From Mycolicibacterium smegmatis (lineage in GTDB: Bacteria; Actinomycetota; Actinomycetes; Mycobacteriales; Mycobacteriaceae): 32,000 nt of DNA. The stretch is taken from the NCBI RefSeq assembly GCF_001457595.1, contig NZ_LN831039.1, positions 3,660,001 through 3,692,000 of the forward strand, written 5' to 3'. A program made the position numbers and the translations under genes. Numbering within the stretch: position 1 is the first letter of the stretch; the number at the start of each line of letters is the position of its first letter. The notes beneath the pieces were generated by a model that did no database searches, was not told the DNA's origin, and worked only from the letters and a program-made list of their open reading frames with translations. Positions 31,468-32,000 of this stretch are shown one piece after another.

Positions 31468-32000
31468 ATGCCCCACTTCCGGTCGCGCTCAGGCGAGAAT
31501 GGTCACGTGCAGACGGGCGGACCAGCAGCCGACGCTTTGCGGTTGAGCACGCCAGACCCCGGTGCGGTGGCGCGCAGCCTCGTCGGTGCCCTGGCGATGA
31601 CCGCGGCGGCCCTGGCGCTGGCATCCCCGCCCGCAGCGATGTGGACGCTGGGCGCCGGGGTGATCGCAGGTGCGGTCGCGCTGCAGCGCAGCCCCGGCGG
31701 TCGAGTACCGCTGGTGGTGACGGCGTCGCTGGAGATGGCCATCGTCGTGGCGCTCGCGGTACTGACCGGATCGCACGACGTCGTGTTCGTACTCGCGGTG
31801 GCCGCATGGTGTTTCGCGGCGGGCATGCAGTGGTCAGTCGGGGCGAACGCCGGGTTGATCGCCTCGGCGGCGAGTTCGTTGCTGGTGATCGCACCTCCCG
31901 ACGGGCACGCGACGGCGCCGACCGCTTTCGACGGGCTGCTGGCACCGTTGCTGGTCTTCGGTGCGGGCGTGCTGCAGGCCGTGCTGATCGCGACCCTGCC
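31468..32000 (+). CDS. partial integral membrane protein (FUSC/aromatic-acid-exporter-like?); the 3' end lies outside the window
   Basis: This ORF is not in the track because it has no stop in the window. Frame 1 is open from ATG 31468 (alternative GTG 31507) to base 32000, with strong GC3 bias and hydrophobic segments (LVGALAMTAAALALA, VVTASLEMAIVVALAVL, VFVLAVAAWCFAAG, LLAPLLVFGAGVLQAVLIATL). The Arg/Pro-rich minus ORF 31391-31945 is its shadow. Confidence 0.55.
   Translation, partial: MPHFRSRSGENGHVQTGGPAADALRLSTPDPGAVARSLVGALAMTAAALALASPPAAMWTLGAGVIAGAVALQRSPGGRVPLVVTASLEMAIVVALAVLTGSHDVVFVLAVAAWCFAAGMQWSVGANAGLIASAASSLLVIAPPDGHATAPTAFDGLLAPLLVFGAGVLQAVLIATL

Noticed and set aside
31391-31945. 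184-aa Arg/Pro-rich minus ORF at the right end
   Set aside because: It is the shadow of a plus-strand open frame (31468 to the window end) that has hydrophobic helices and a stronger GC3 bias.
1-32000. Mobile elements, prophage, toxin-antitoxin, defence islands, tRNA/rRNA
   Set aside because: I found no transposase, integrase or recombinase-like translations, no terminal inverted repeats, no tRNA-like cloverleaf regions and no small paired TA-like ORFs. GC content is uniform apart from the intergenic promoters.

Overview
High-GC (roughly two-thirds G+C, strong G/C third-position bias) actinobacterial chromosome, almost certainly Mycobacteriaceae. It carries an Mpt53/DsbE-CcdA pair, a mycolic-acid methyltransferase, BfrA, a GlnA3-type glutamine synthetase and Mer-type luciferase-like (LLM) oxidoreductases. 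About 33 protein-coding genes are tightly packed on both strands. I found no rRNA, tRNA, CRISPR array, transposase, integrase or prophage module. Most long ORFs in the supplied track are antisense or N-terminally over-extended shadow ORFs typical of GC-rich DNA. I re-derived starts from Shine-Dalgarno (SD) context, codon bias and family N-termini. Main blocks, left to right: (1) agmatinase tail, an MFS gene broken by one in-frame TAA, a small zinc-ribbon-like gene and a mycolic-acid methyltransferase. (2) An acidic small protein, a GerW/YtfJ-like protein, and the CcdA-Mpt53 extracytoplasmic thiol-redox pair. (3) An LLM oxidoreductase, then a secreted Gly/Pro/His/Trp-rich repeat protein divergent from a GT-C glycosyltransferase. 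(4) A polar amino-acid/opine-type ABC importer followed by a P450. (5) A PucR-type regulator divergent from a dihydropyrimidinase / LLM oxidoreductase / beta-ureidopropionase / NCS1 permease operon. (6) An APC permease, exported dienelactone hydrolase, SDR and VOC genes. (7) A GlnA3-like GS, an AhpD-like gene, a 686-aa DHA2 MFS with a MarR-like tail, and bfrA. (8) Candidate IdeR iron boxes, then a tandem-domain unknown protein plus Bfd. (9) A crotonase, a hypothetical gene and a partial membrane protein. Best candidates for undescribed biology: the pyrimidine operon, which lacks a canonical dihydropyrimidine dehydrogenase and has a Mer/F420-type LLM enzyme in its place; the iron-box-controlled tandem-domain protein co-transcribed with bfd opposite bfrA; and the secreted Gly-Pro-His / Trp-rich protein paired with a GT-C glycosyltransferase. 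All functional calls come from reading the translations by eye, with no database search run.
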